A stretch of 63,937 bases of DNA, filler included, from Collodictyon triciliatum (Eukaryota): the NCBI GenBank assembly GCA_043381765.1. It is 6 parts of 6 records of this genome, joined end to end, with 100 filler letters (N's around TTAATTAATTAA, not from the genome) between each part and the next. Parts side by side here need not be neighbours in the genome. Positions count along the whole stretch, not along the records: positions 41,320 to 54,953 come from JBHJMP010001949.1; positions 55,054 to 62,133 come from JBHJMP010002047.1; positions 62,234 to 63,937 come from JBHJMP010002121.1; 3 more parts are not named here. One strand, written 5' to 3'. Both the position numbers and the translations under genes were made by a program. Of this stretch, positions 48,769 to 63,937 are shown piece after piece. The notes below the pieces were generated by a model. That model was not told where the DNA came from, ran no database searches, and worked only from the letters and a program-made list of their open reading frames with translations. Within the stretch, counting starts at the first letter, position 1, and the number at the start of each line of letters is the position of its first letter.

Positions 48769-51753
48769 ATGATTGTTAATGGGTTAATTACAACTCCACC
48801 ACCAGTCCACCGCGCATACGAGCCTCTGTCAAGAACCCTTTCTGAAGCGGCCAAGAGAAGAGAGTAAGTTAATAATTGCTTTCGAGACGTGTGGCTCCAT
48901 CTTCTCACAAATACGTGTGTTAACTGCAGCTTCAATCTCACATATTTTCAAACCTGTGCAGGCACTGTGCAACCATGGACTACCGATGAAGCGGCAGTTT
49001 TCCACCGTAACATTCTCACTATAGGTCCTGAATTCCACGAGCTCGCACGGAGAATAGGGACAAAGTGCCACAATCAGGTCTGTGTTCCATATGCAGATTG
49101 ATATAACACTATACCTCAACCTTCAGATACACAAGACGTCACATTGACGACATAAAGAGTATAATCCAATCATAAAGAAAAGGAAAGAAAATAGCCTTGC
49201 AGTTGGGCTACAATGTATCCCTATTTTTGATTGAGTATCTTGTGATTTTAAAGGGACACAGGTTGCATTACCCAGCTTGTCACTTAAATTTTTCTTTATT
49301 TAATTACCCCCTCACATCATTGCAGGTTCGATATTTCTTCCATCGGATAGTCAGAAAGTCCAAATCAGACCTACAGAGCAAAGGAATCACCATTGACGTT
49401 ACCAGCAAGTCTCATCTGAGGACAATTATAGACCATTACTTTAACCATCTCCACAATGTAAGACCTACCGCTCCTATTGTGAAGCATTTCTATCTAATGT
49501 CGTACAGTTATAGCAACTTTTGAAGTGCAATTAATAAGTCTTGAGAATATTTCCCGAGCGAATCGTTCATGTGCAACCTTGCATACTTTTAGAATAAATA
49601 TCCACGGTGTGATGCAAGGACGACAAAATTGCAGCACAACGACGAGAAAACAAGGTCTTTTTTTATTGGCTAATGTGGTGAACTCGCTTATCCCGCAATT
49701 AGCAACAGATATAGCGGAGGAATATATAGACTCCGTGGGGTCGCTTTAATCCCTTAATAATGACAACCATGTATTGACACATATTACACTACATTAGTGC
49801 CAAGTTGTCTGTGCAAGACATTCAAGTGGGTGACAGTCCTTCGTCTAATGAGAAAATTGATGCCAAGAAATACCTACAACCCATATTTGAGTGTCCTAAA
49901 GACTGGCGATGCTCGTAGTCTCAATTCGTGTCGCATCTGAGACCCTTTGAACTCGCCAGCAAGGACGCGAGCAGCTCCTGTCAAGGGCCCCGCGCAGAAT
50001 ACCTACCGGACGCATATGCATTAGAGATATCTGGAGTGACAAACGCACCTACGACTAAACCCCTCACACCTCCAATTTTTTCTAACGATGATGTATTTTA
50101 CTCCACCGATATCTTTGGTTCATCTAACAACGACATTATAGATTCGTCCCCAAGTTATCAGTCCTGGTCTCTTGGTGCATCACCAATCACAATGTTAGAT
50201 GAAGCTCTTGGATACGAAGTGTCCTCTCCAAGTTGCGAACCCGTAGAAAGCCATCTTGTGGAACCAAGCAATTGCAACAGAAAGATTGATTCGTTCTACG
50301 CCGATGACAACGGGCCCAAGGAAAACGAGTTGATTACTGACATGGCTCTCAATAGTTTGCAACACGCATACACGTTAGTATCTTAGCTGATTGTTTCTCA
50401 CGTTTCTGAATGTGCATGCTGTTTTGGTGATGCGCTTGTATAAAATACAAACGTTCGTCATATTAAATAGCATCATATCACTCTAGTGCATCATGCAGCG
50501 ACAATTATGCCAAAGAAATGCTGCCGAAGCCGTCTAATCAATACACTCTACAACTTCTTCCTCTATGCGATGCGGTAGCCAGTGTTATGCAAGCGTATGG
50601 CTACAACCCGAAGTTGCAGTAAGTTTTGTGATACGTAATCTTAACGAGAGCCCTTTGAATCGGAGACACGCGCCATGATTGAACTATACGGGCGCCAACA
50701 TATAATTGTATGTTCTGCCCTTCTTCGATGAAATAAATTCTCATCTGATTCGGTCATGTGTGTGTACAGGTTAAAGATGAGTCCGTCGAAACAAGTCTCC
50801 TCGGTTCTGAAGCATCTTCGGAAAAAGTGGTCGAAGCTGTTTGAAGAGGATGAAAGGGTTCGTCTTTTATAATCATTATTTGGCATAGTTTCTTTTTAAT
50901 TATTCAGACGATCGCAACTGAGTGACAAATGCTGCATAGCACATATGTCAATCCCGTGAATTTTCGCATGCATTCGACCCACTCTAAATTCTGCGCTATC
51001 ATTACAGCCAATACTCACCAACACAAACTCTTAACCCTTGCTCTATCCAGTTGTCGCAGACCATAAAGCTATGCTTCTTCCAGGGCGAGGATACGATTTC
51101 TGTATTCGAGAATGTTTCCCTGGGTTCAATATCAAATCAACTCTATAACGGTGATGCTGTTGTCATCTTATCGTACATGTGGGACATGTCACCGGTACTC
51201 CATAATTGAGAGCGAATGGCGCTGTCAATACTCACATACAACCATGGAACTTTTTGCCCATTCTATTGTCAAGACAGGCCTTCTAATATCTCGCCCCGAT
51301 TCCTATCTTTCCTGCAGTGCCAGGTGGACTACGTTTACCAGGTACACAATTCCCACTGCAAGAACCAAGATGCCTATGTTGCGACTGTGGCTGCTACCCA
51401 CGAGGGCGCTGTGCTACAGAATGAGCAAAAAGTAGGTGCTATCTTCCTGTGCTATTGGAGTGAGATGCTGGGATTACGCGAAACAATTGACAATCAGTTT
51501 GTGTCTAATATCACACACGCATCGCAGGAGTTCTATCCCTTGTCCCAGCAAACAGCAGCAACACCCTTTCCAGAGGAGGTACTCTCGATCCATGCCTTTA
51601 GCCTTGACAGCCCCTTTCACTTCTCGTCAAAAATAGACTAACCTCCCACACCACTCGATGATGCAGACGGACCCAGTACTGCCTGTCTTCTCTTCTGAAA
51701 GCTTCGATGGCCTCCACGACTGGTCGAACCCGTCATCATTCTTCCTGCTCTAG
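48769..51753 (+). CDS. Cramped/TKI1-like SANT-domain chromatin protein (multi-exon; true start may lie further upstream)
   Basis: Spliced WTTDEAAVFHRNILTIGPEFHELARRIGTKCHNQ-VRYFFHRIVRK (SANT) and second conserved block LQLLPL...YGYNPKLQ-LKMSPSKQVSSVLKHLRKKW, matching the remembered plant TKI1/animal Cramped pattern; TAG at 51751-51753. Confidence 0.72.
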
Positions 51754-52157
51754 ACTAGCACATGACTCTACTTGTCTCTTTATCTGTCTAGCCGCGCCAC
51801 GCCCTCCGCAATTGTGAAAATCCCTTTACTACTGTACTCTACCTTTGCCCTGAGTTATCAATTCTTTTTGCTAGAATTTGTATTCTGTTCAATAAACCGT
51901 GAGTAAAGCACGCATTGCACCCGAAACCCACCACCCTCCTTTCCCGTCTGCCGAAAAGATTCCCTGTCTTTCGCCCGAATGTGGCGCTGTGTCAACCAAA
52001 GAAAAATTAAAAATAGATTCCAGAATTGGCAGAGCATCACGCCTTCCGATCACAAATGAACACTTTGATCAGACGAGAATAAGCAAGCCGAGGAAAATGA
52101 CCAAAGCCAAAAGGCCCGAGCGAGGAAGAGGTTTGTGCGTGTGCCAGAACTTACTGA

Positions 52158-54853
<2,696 letters not shown>

Positions 54854-54860
54854 GTTGCTC

Positions 54861-54862
<2 letters not shown>

Positions 54863-54927
<65 letters not shown>
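54863..54927. repeat. (CT)n microsatellite
   Basis: Visible tandem repeat. Confidence 0.95.
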
Positions 54928-54934
<7 letters not shown>

Positions 54935-54953
54935 ATACATATTTACAGGGGAT

Positions 54954-55053
54954 NNNNNNNNNNNNNNNNNNNNNNNNNNNNNNNNNNNNNNNNNNNNTTA
55001 ATTAATTAANNNNNNNNNNNNNNNNNNNNNNNNNNNNNNNNNNNNNNNNNNNN
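54954..55053. other. Artificial 100-bp contig spacer
   Basis: 44N-TTAATTAATTAA-44N. Confidence 0.97.
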
Positions 55054-55155
55054 AAAACAATAAAACAATAAAACAATAAAACAATAAAACAATAAAACAA
55101 TAAAACAATAAAACAATAAAACAATAAAACAATAAAACAATAAAACAATAAAACA
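55054..55155. repeat. (AAAACAAT)n octamer repeat at contig start
   Basis: Visible tandem repeat. Confidence 0.95.
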
Positions 55156-55483
55156 ATGTGGTGACAAACAACAACCTTTCTGAAGAAAAGCAATACTGAA
55201 AGAAAAAGAACAGAAATAAAAATAATTGGAAAAACATACATAAAAGGAAGCACACGAAGCCAAGAGATCCGACTTTGGACAAATAAAACAAGCAAACAAC
55301 AAACCCACCAAACCAAACCAAACCCAGGCAGATCATAGGCGGTGTTATGCTGCTATTTTGTTGCCCCCCCCCCCAAGCGCCCACTTCCTCCTACCATCGA
55401 TCAAATAATATAGTTAACTAGGTGATCTATAGAAGCCCGAGCATCTGCCAGAGCAACAGCAGCAACTCAGAAGCGTTTCACGA

Positions 55484-58400
55484 ATGACGGGACGTGGGCG
55501 CATGATAAAGATTCAGCCGTTCAAGCTTCCGTCTGCGGACGGCTCGAGTATGGATCAGGCTTGGAATCTCATCCGCGATGCCATCGGACACATCTTCTCA
55601 AAGAACTCGTCCGATCTTTCCTTTGAAGAGCTGTATCGGTGAGGTTTCTTCACGCTGATTTTATGCTCTGAGCCTATTGTTTCCTACGAACGTCTATTCT
55701 TTTCTATGATCTGCCTTTTCACTTTCACTTTCACTTTCTCGTATTTTCGTGTTAGACATCCACATAATATCTTGTATGCAACCATCGCTCTCACTGTTTG
55801 CAAAACAATATTTCGCATTCATAGACTCTGTCAATGCACATTAATGAATGGCACTGCGCTTTACTATTAAATTCCTGTATTTATTGATACACTTCTACAA
55901 ATTATATACATCTAGAAACGGATATAATATGGTCATCCATAAGAAAGGAGACCGACTCTACAGCGGGACGTCAGAACAGATTAACATCAATTTGAAGAAG
56001 AGATTGCCGGACATCACAGATGCGTCTCATCAGAATTCCCTGGCGAAGGTGATATCCGTATGGGGAGATTTTGAGCAGGCAGTCACGTCAATAAGAGATG
56101 TGCTCATGTACATGGTTTGTTTCCTTTCCACGTTCGCCGTTCTGATTTTTTTTTGGTAGGATGTGCCTATAATAAAGTATACTAAGTTATGGATTAAATA
56201 TTTCCTTACTTAGGAAAGACAGCACATTCCGAATGTCCCGGGCTGCCTGTCAATATACGACCTTGGACTTAAGATGTTTCTCACCGATGTCATCAGGCAT
56301 AGTATAGTTAGAGAACGAACCACACCTGTCGCACTTGAGATGATCGAGCGGGAAAGACATGGAGATGCAATCAACCGGTGTCTTTTTGTTTCTCGTATTA
56401 CGGATATATATATATCATCCAGCAACAATTGAACTCTTCCAATTCCTTTTTTTTTCCCTTTAGAAACTCCTATACACAAGTTTTTAACCCCTCTTTCTTA
56501 TTCTGCATATTTTACGGGAACGTAATCATTATTTCCCCCCTTATTAATCTGCACCTAGAAACCTCCTGAAAGGATTCACATCTATGCTAGCAAGACTGTC
56601 GTCTGATAGAAGGGTTTCTCTTTTTCTTTCCTTCTTACTACCTTCTGCGCATTTGATTTTTCTCTTCGTTCCAAATTCTTATCCAATGCAAATATTATTA
56701 TTCATCCCATTCAATGAAAACAATCTTGATTGTAGGTCTACATCGAAGAATTTGAAACAAAGTTCCTGATTGAATCTAAACTCTTTTATCAAAAAGAAAG
56801 CAACGAACTGATACAAGAATGTTCTTGCTATGATTATTTGAAAAAGGTTTTTCTTACTTTCCTGCACATCTATCGTAATTTAGATCTTAAGGACGGCAGG
56901 AAGCCATATATATATATATATAAATGCAACTAGACTACTTTTTTTTTTTTAGCTGTCTCGATGAGCTAATGATTTTTCCCAAACCTAGTGTGAAGTGCGA
57001 TTGCTTGAAGAAAAGGAGAGAGCCACGGCATATCTTGATTTGAAAACAGAGCCCTTGCTTCGACGAGTTGTCCTAAACCAAATGATCGAGGCGCATGTGT
57101 CATCACTGGTGGATGTAGGGTCAAAACATCAATAGATGAAAGAATCACAGAGGAAAAAAAAACGCAATTCTCTCAATCTTGAAGATCTTAATTATTTCGT
57201 AATACAATTCAGATGGAGAACTCTGGTTTAATGGCTATGATAAGGGATGAGAGAATTGAAGGTGTGAACTCACATAATAAATTTAATATTCTTGCCAAAT
57301 ATATAAAGAGGCTTCGGTTGAAATGATCAGAAAGATATATGACGATTCTTTTATTTTAAGGCTTGTAGATTACATTATCACCATACGCATTTTTTTCACG
57401 TAGATATGAAAACCATGTTTCGCCTGTTTGAATCCGTCCCTGATGGTTTGAGTACGATAAGCCAAGCGATGTGTTTAAATGTCCGTCAAACAGGGAAGGC
57501 TATTACACAGGTATATTAAAATTATTTGATTTTTTCATACCAGAATGTTTTCCCTGGATACTTTTTCTATTTTTTTACTTCAAAAAGTTTATTTGGCTAC
57601 TTTAGTCTTAATAGAGCTAAATTACTATTCCGTCATCTCATAGGACCATGAAAACCTGAAAGAACCCATCACATACATCCAAAAAATATTTGAACTAAGG
57701 GACAAATTTGAGACAATCATACAAAAGGCGTTCGATAACAATCGCTTTTTCCTGTCAGAGCTTAACAAGGTCTATCTCAGAGCATTTCATATATATATAA
57801 CAAGAAATAATACATTCAGCTTACACGATGCACTAATTTATAATTTTTTTATATTCTAGGTTAATGCATTCTATATTACTTAATTTTCAACGACATGTAT
57901 ATTATTTTTCTTTCTTACATTTTTTTCATTTTAAAAAAGGCCTTCGAATCCTTTATAAACTCTCCATCTTCAAAGACACCAGAATATCTCTCTCTCTATA
58001 TTGATGAGGAGTTGAAAAAACAAAAGGGAACTGAACAGGAATTAGAGCAGGTTAAATTCTTATCCAAATGCCAAACCTGTTGGTGTGACAATTATGCGAT
58101 CTTATATGCCTACATACACCTTTGGCACCAATCACTCGCATAACAAAACATAATACTTACATAATGTTCAATATATTTTTTTTTTTTACCTCTAGACCTT
58201 GGATAGGTCATTAGTTCTTTTCCGCTTCTTGGGGGATAAGGATGTATTCTTAAAATACTATATGTCCCACTTGTCCAAGAGACTCTTAGGGTCTAAAAGC
58301 CACCACGAAGATACTGAAAGGTTCATGATAACAAAGCTCAAGGTGTGAATAGATATCGGCGAAATATATACTGTTTCTTTACAAAAAGTCTATGCGTGTT

Positions 58401-60648
58401 TGTTCTCTATACCAACTAATTCCACTTACAATTACCAATTGGGCATAATCTCAATTTAATTTGTCAATAAAAATTATATGCAATAGCATGAATGTGGTCA
58501 TCAATTCACTACAAAGTTGGAAAGCATGTTGAATGATGTCCGCGTCTCAAGCGAGATAACCTCTGCTTTCAAAGAGCATTTGCGAGGCTTAAAGGTTTGA
58601 CATTCGATACTCTTGCGTTTGTTTCATTATTCTCCGAAATAAATATGGATTTTGATAACAAGAAAAGCAAATATAATGATGATAATATTGCCATGATAAT
58701 TAATATATTTAAACTAAATGATATCTGAAAAGGAGGAATCTGGAATGTTTGACCTAAGCCTGTCTATTCTTACCACTGGGTGTTGGCCCGCCGACCCTCC
58801 CATGACATACATTTTACCTCCTGAAGTATGTATTTCGTTTTCATTAAGAATAATTGTAAAAGCAACTGCTTAAGTAAAAGTTTGTGTAATTGTAAAAAAG
58901 GAGAAACAAAAAAGAGGATTAAATAAAACAATAATTTGTAAGATAAGATTAACATCCCTATTTCTCCCGGATGATAGTTAATAAATTTTTTTTTGTATTT
59001 TTCCAACCGCCATATTATTTATACAGATGGATAAATGTCTAAATGTCTTCCGAACATTTTATCTTGGCCGCCATAGCGGCAGGAAACTAGTCCTGGTACC
59101 CAACAAAGTAAGTATCAATACATATGAGAGTTATGGGAATAATTGCATATACCCGAAACGGGTTACAAGAAATGCTGTTTTCTTTTATTTTTGACTGACT
59201 ACTTTTCAAATATTTGATTCTGATATTATCATTATCATTTTTTTTTAAAAAAAAATAAGGGCACGGGCGACTTGACTGCATACTTTGGAACCGAAAAACA
59301 TGAGCTGAATGTAACCACAAATATCATGGTTATCTTACTGCAGTTTAACCAACAAACCACTTATAGTTTGGAAGAATTAGAGGTAACCGCTTGGTTTGCA
59401 TAATTACCCTCCGTTACTTTTCGCAAATCCTAAGTTTCAATTATCAAAACAGCAACTGACCAGTCTCCCAAAACAAGAATTGAAGAGAAATTTGCAAAGC
59501 CTGGCTAATGGAAAGTTTAAGGTTGAAGCATATCATTTACTTTATTTATTTATTTATTTATTTATTTATGTGCCAATTGTATGAAAATGATGTGTGTAAA
59601 TGTGGTTTCCCCTTTTATTTTCTTAATTCATTTTCTCATAAAAAACGCACATAGTAATAAATACCTTAATAAATAATATACGGTCGTCAAGACAACATAG
59701 AATGATACCGCATGAGTCTAATGAACGCATCTACTTTTTGATTTTCAGATTTTGACAAAAGAACCAAAAGGCAGGGATGTCGAAGATGGAGATAGATTTG
59801 GATTCAACGAAAAATTTACAAAGTACCTCTTTTTTATTTTTATAAAAAAAATATAGTAAAAACATGCATATACACACAAAATCACGCGAATAAAAATAGA
59901 TGTATTAATTAAGAGAGCATTATTGATCAAATATGTCCAAGTCATATTGTTTTATTTTAAAAATAAAAATTTCAATCATACGATAAGAAAACCCACATGG
60001 GTATTATTTCCTTTTTGTTTATATATTAACAAATCCATATAAATCAGCAAAATGTATAGAATCAAAATTTCTCCTGTCTCGACCAAGAAGGAGACCGAAG
60101 AAGAAGTTCAAGAAACGAAACAGAAAGTGGACGAAGATAGAAAACACCAGTCAGTGTTCTCTTCAATATGAAGCAATGAAATATATTCAACTGGTTTACT
60201 TGTCTAACTTACCATTGTTAGAATTGAGGCCGCAATTGTTCGTGTTATGAAGGCAAAAAAGAAGCTTGAACATAACGAGCTTATTGTCCAAGTGACTGAA
60301 CAGGTTTATATCTTATGGTTTAACAGAATGGTTATATATCCAGAAAAGTTCTGAATATTAAAAAAAAATGTAATTTTTTTCTTTTAGTTAAAGGCAAGAT
60401 TCATGCCGTCACCTTTAGTGATCAAAGCTCGCATTGAAAGCTTGATAGAAAGGGAATATCTGGAGCGTTCCGCTCAAGATTTGTGAGTAACTGACAATGC
60501 ACCTAGTAGAATATCATCCGTATTTTACTCTCATATTATTACTATTTTTATGTACAAAAAACCGTCAATATCCGAGCTCTACTGCACAATGCGTCATCAT
60601 AAACACTACATCTCATCGTACAGGCGAGTCTACCAATACGTCGCTTAA
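55484..60648 (+). CDS. CUL3: Cullin-3, complete, about 21 exons
   Basis: [90 protein letters not shown] (neddylation site), [21 protein letters not shown]. Confidence 0.93.
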
Positions 60649-60843
60649 CTCATAAAAAGAAAAAAAAAAGGACGACGAAAAAGGGAAAAATAACTCTTCA
60701 AGGATTGCAATGAAGCATTTTCATTCATTGGTTTTTGTGTACAATCATTCCATCGTACCGAAAAGCCAGATTGAAAAAAAAAATGCGTTGATGACAAATC
60801 GTTCTGCTCAGTTCGAATAAAGACACATCCCATATTCAAATTA

Positions 60844-61775
60844 CCTTGTTTTTAACAATTATATCAGTCTTTTCGCACTAATTTCGATCTTGTAATGTCC
60901 CACTGGGGCATATCGTAAGGATTAGGTATTATGCACTATCTTATTTTTTCTTCTAATTCAAATGAGTTATCACGACGATTGCATTTACTTCAAAATATTC
61001 TCTAGCCGAATGCGCTTATCTTGTTTTGGTCGAACAATTCATTATTATTAGATAAAATGACCTCGAGTTCTTCAATTCTTTACTTTTTGTGAAAAACTCG
61101 TATGCTCTTTTTTCCTCTCACAATCTAAAGGCTTCATGTGATTACTCTCTTTATATATATACAATATTTTATTTTATTTTACCTAAAATCTAAAGCGCTT
61201 TCGCATTTCATCTGATTCAAATGTACTGTGATTCTCATACGGATATTATGTCGCCATTCGTCGATATATATAAGTCAATATCTATCATGTAGATTTTTAT
61301 ACACCCATCCAGCCCAAATCAGAAGACCCCCTTAAATAATCTTTCGCTAATTGAATAGCTTTACCGCGCACCGAAAACCCCTTCTAGTCGTGAAGCCCTC
61401 AGCCGCTTCTTTCCTAGGCAGCTCTCTCGACATTCCAAGGCATCGGGTACATTCGAATATTTTGAAATAAATAAATAATATGAAATGCACCTTAATATTA
61501 CATCAATCCGAATCAAAGGCTTGTTGATATCCCTTATCTGTTGAGAAATACCCCTACATGTTGAAAATGCATGATATAACATGGATCGATTATCTCTTCA
61601 TTTCTTATAGTGCTTCGAGGTTTTAATCTGCCCAGTTCTATGAAACACTCCTTCGTAGCGAGCTTTTCTTGGGATGGTATGAAAAGATGCATTTGCGGGT
61701 CAATTTTATTTATTGCGTTGTAATACGTGTCCTACTTTATTGTAAAGGTTAGCCCCCGTTAATCGATGGGCACGT
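60844..61775 (-). CDS. Possible multi-exon fragment of an unidentified gene
   Basis: Several short AG/GT-bounded blocks (GESIRAHRLTGANLYNK, EKLATKECFIELGRLKPRSTIRNEEIIDP, KEAAEGFTTRRGFRCA); frame not resolved. Confidence 0.2.
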
Positions 61776-62095
61776 ATGGACTCTCCCTGATTAACTCGAC
61801 TTTCACATAAAAAACAGGATTTTCACTCTTGGGGCAATGCGATGTAGTAATTACTGCACCATCCATATCTCCCATGGACACATTTCATTACATATAGATT
61901 GAGAGGTGGAAGATAAGACAGACAGACCAACCATGTGTTTTTTTTTTCTTCAATTTTTTTAAAAGAACTAAAAAAAAAAAAAGAAGAAGAAGAAGAAAAT
62001 AAAAGAAAATAAAAAAAAAAAAGGAATTTTTTTTAAAAATAAAAAATAAAAATTTTTTTTTAAAAAAATTTATTTTTTTTTTAAAAAAATTTTTC

Positions 62096-62133
<38 letters not shown>

Positions 62134-62233
62134 NNNNNNNNNNNNNNNNNNNNNNNNNNNNNNNNNNNNNNNNNNNNTTAATTAATTAANNNNNNNNNNN
62201 NNNNNNNNNNNNNNNNNNNNNNNNNNNNNNNNN
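62134..62233. other. Artificial 100-bp contig spacer
   Basis: 44N-TTAATTAATTAA-44N. Confidence 0.97.
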
Positions 62234-62253
62234 TTATTTTTTTTTTTGTTTTT

Positions 62254-62439
62254 TGTGTGTGTGTGATTGTGTGGGGTGAGCTGATGTGTGTGTGTGTGTG
62301 TGTGTCTGTGTGGTGTGGTGTGTGTGTCGTGTGTGTGTGGTGTGTGTGGTGTGTCGTGTGTGTGTGTGCTGTGTGGTGTGTTGTGTGTGGTTGTGTGTGT
62401 GTGTGTGTGTGTGGTTTTCTGTGTGTGTCGAATGCTTTA

Positions 62440-62470
<31 letters not shown>
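62254..62470. repeat. Degenerate (GT)n tract
   Basis: Visible low-complexity repeat. Confidence 0.9.
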
Positions 62471-63482
62471 GTTCGTAACGTGGTTAAAAAAAAAAAAAAA
62501 GAAGGAAGGTCCAAGCGAAGGGATTCCACTTTGCTGCGTTGGTCTAGGTATTGTAACTTCAGAGCCAGAGTGATTGTGTTGCTAGAGATGTCTGGGCGCA
62601 AAGAAAAGTGTGCTTGAATGTGTGTTATGATCCGAGTCTGAAGTTACTCGGACTGATTTGAAAGGGTTGGTCGGAGGTTTGAAGTCAAAAGACCATTGGT
62701 GAAATTTTGTTTTCTTGATATTTTTTAGTCAGGCACAGGAATTCAAGAAAACTTGAGTGCGGAGCGAAGGGTGGAAAATGGGGCTAATGTCGTTAATTAT
62801 TCTGAGATAAGAAGTTTTGTTCAGCTGCTTTTCATCACATACCAGAAATAAAACTTGATTTTTCATCACGGATCAAAGTCTGAGATTTAAGGCTTGTTAA
62901 CTGTTCCTTTCATGCCTTTTTGACTTTGCTAAAGAACACCGCCGAAAACAAGCGAAAGCGCGAGCGGCAACTCGATGTCTGCAACAGACAACACTCAGCG
63001 CACCCTCAACAGACAAGCCGATAGGGAGCCACCTCCGCGTTATAAAGGCTGGTGGGAGTGTGTCGCTACCCGCCAGAGTAACGCGCCAAGCTGCTATCGC
63101 CGAAAAAGCTGACCCAGCAGTGACTACCCATCAGGGGAGTGCATCTGCATCTGTGTCTGTGTTCCAAGACCTCTCACAGCGCTCACACGCCAGATTCAGC
63201 CGGAAACCAAAGCGGGAGCCACCCACAACATCAGCAACGAGAGTACCCACTCATACGAGCACAAGTATTCGTGAAGGCATGTTTTCAACCACATCCGACA
63301 CGCGGTTCAGTCTCTAACCGACGTGTTCTCGCCCGTGGTCAAGCTGACTGCCTAAGAGAACTGCACAACCACGCAGCCTCGCAGACTCAGGATTCGCCTG
63401 CAGCAGGAGTCCACCGATGCGCAGTGAAGCCAGGTAACTACGAACCGGACAGCCCACGGCGCGACAAGGCCATAACGTGTCT

Positions 63483-63935
63483 GCGGAGAGGGTTACGCCT
63501 CCGCCTCTGTCCTATTATTCGCCCAGCTGTGCGGCGCTCTGCTTTATCGGAGCGCATTGGGGGGACTAACTTCCCCAATCTTGAAGGGTGATCGAAGAAC
63601 TCTTTCTTTCCCTTCGCCCCGGAGGAATTGCGATACATTTGGCTTTATAAGACACAATCGACCCTTGGCAGCTCCCTCAGTCATTCAGGACCGTTCCTGA
63701 GATGCCAGCAAGAGGGAGGGGAAGTTTGCTCCTTTCAACAACCCGTCGAGTGTCAAAAACAATTTGAAAACAACTCCTATCCTGAATAACCTCGCATCTC
63801 CTGACTCCTCTTATGGGGTCATACCGCCATCATGCCCATACCTACCCAACGAACCCTTAACAGCCTCCCTGGGCCGGGAGGCTGCAGGCAGCTAACACCT
63901 CATGACACGTGAGTCCTGTATAGCTGACCAATTCC
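63483..63935 (+). ncRNA. Candidate highly structured RNA region of unknown family
   Basis: At least eight closely spaced stems read by eye, with G-U wobbles compatible with the plus strand; no convincing ORF. Confidence 0.35.
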
Positions 63936-63937
63936 AT

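Noticed and set aside
62975..63355. Selenoprotein or TGA read-through ORF
   Set aside because: No redox motif or known selenoprotein similarity, no SECIS-like AUGA/AA/GA stem found, and TGA is an ordinary stop in the PDE, NT-C2, RIB72 and COX17 genes
63430..63441. U1 snRNA 5' end on the minus strand (TAGTTACCTGG)
   Set aside because: No U1 stem-loops or Sm site follow; it is simply the complement of a donor-like CAG|GTAACT
63852..63861. AACCCTTAAC as a telomerase RNA template
   Set aside because: It would specify an atypical TTAAGGG repeat not seen in the window, and no template-adjacent pseudoknot is evident
63861..63930. HDV-like or twister ribozyme (CAGCCTCC, GCAGCTAA, CTAACAC fragments)
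   Set aside because: The required pseudoknot pairings could not be built; the segments form simple hairpins instead

Overview
Intron-rich, microsatellite-rich nuclear DNA from a eukaryote using the standard genetic code. RIB72/EFHC1 and COX17 suggest a flagellated microbial eukaryote with aerobic mitochondria. The window is not one locus. It is six assembly pieces joined by 100-bp artificial spacers (44 N + TTAATTAATTAA + 44 N). The first four pieces are 13682, 13671, 13666 and 13634 bp, which looks like size-sorted concatenation, and several genes are cut at the joins. Genes reconstructed by hand-splicing: an LRR-kinase with a SAM-like tail, a multi-transmembrane class I cyclic-nucleotide PDE, an NT-C2/coiled-coil protein, THOC2, an ASTE1/FAM120-like PIN-family protein with a QP(A/T/I) repeat tail, a bacterial-like purple acid phosphatase, RIB72/EFHC1, partial NAE1, a partial TPR protein, COX17, a Cramped/TKI1-like SANT protein, partial COPA and cullin-3. 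The most intriguing unexplained features are a dense run of plus-strand hairpins in the last ~450 bp (candidate large structured RNA) and a 12-nt motif repeated at exact 69-nt LRR periodicity in the LRR-kinase. Splice boundaries and family calls come from manual reading and remembered motifs, not from searches.
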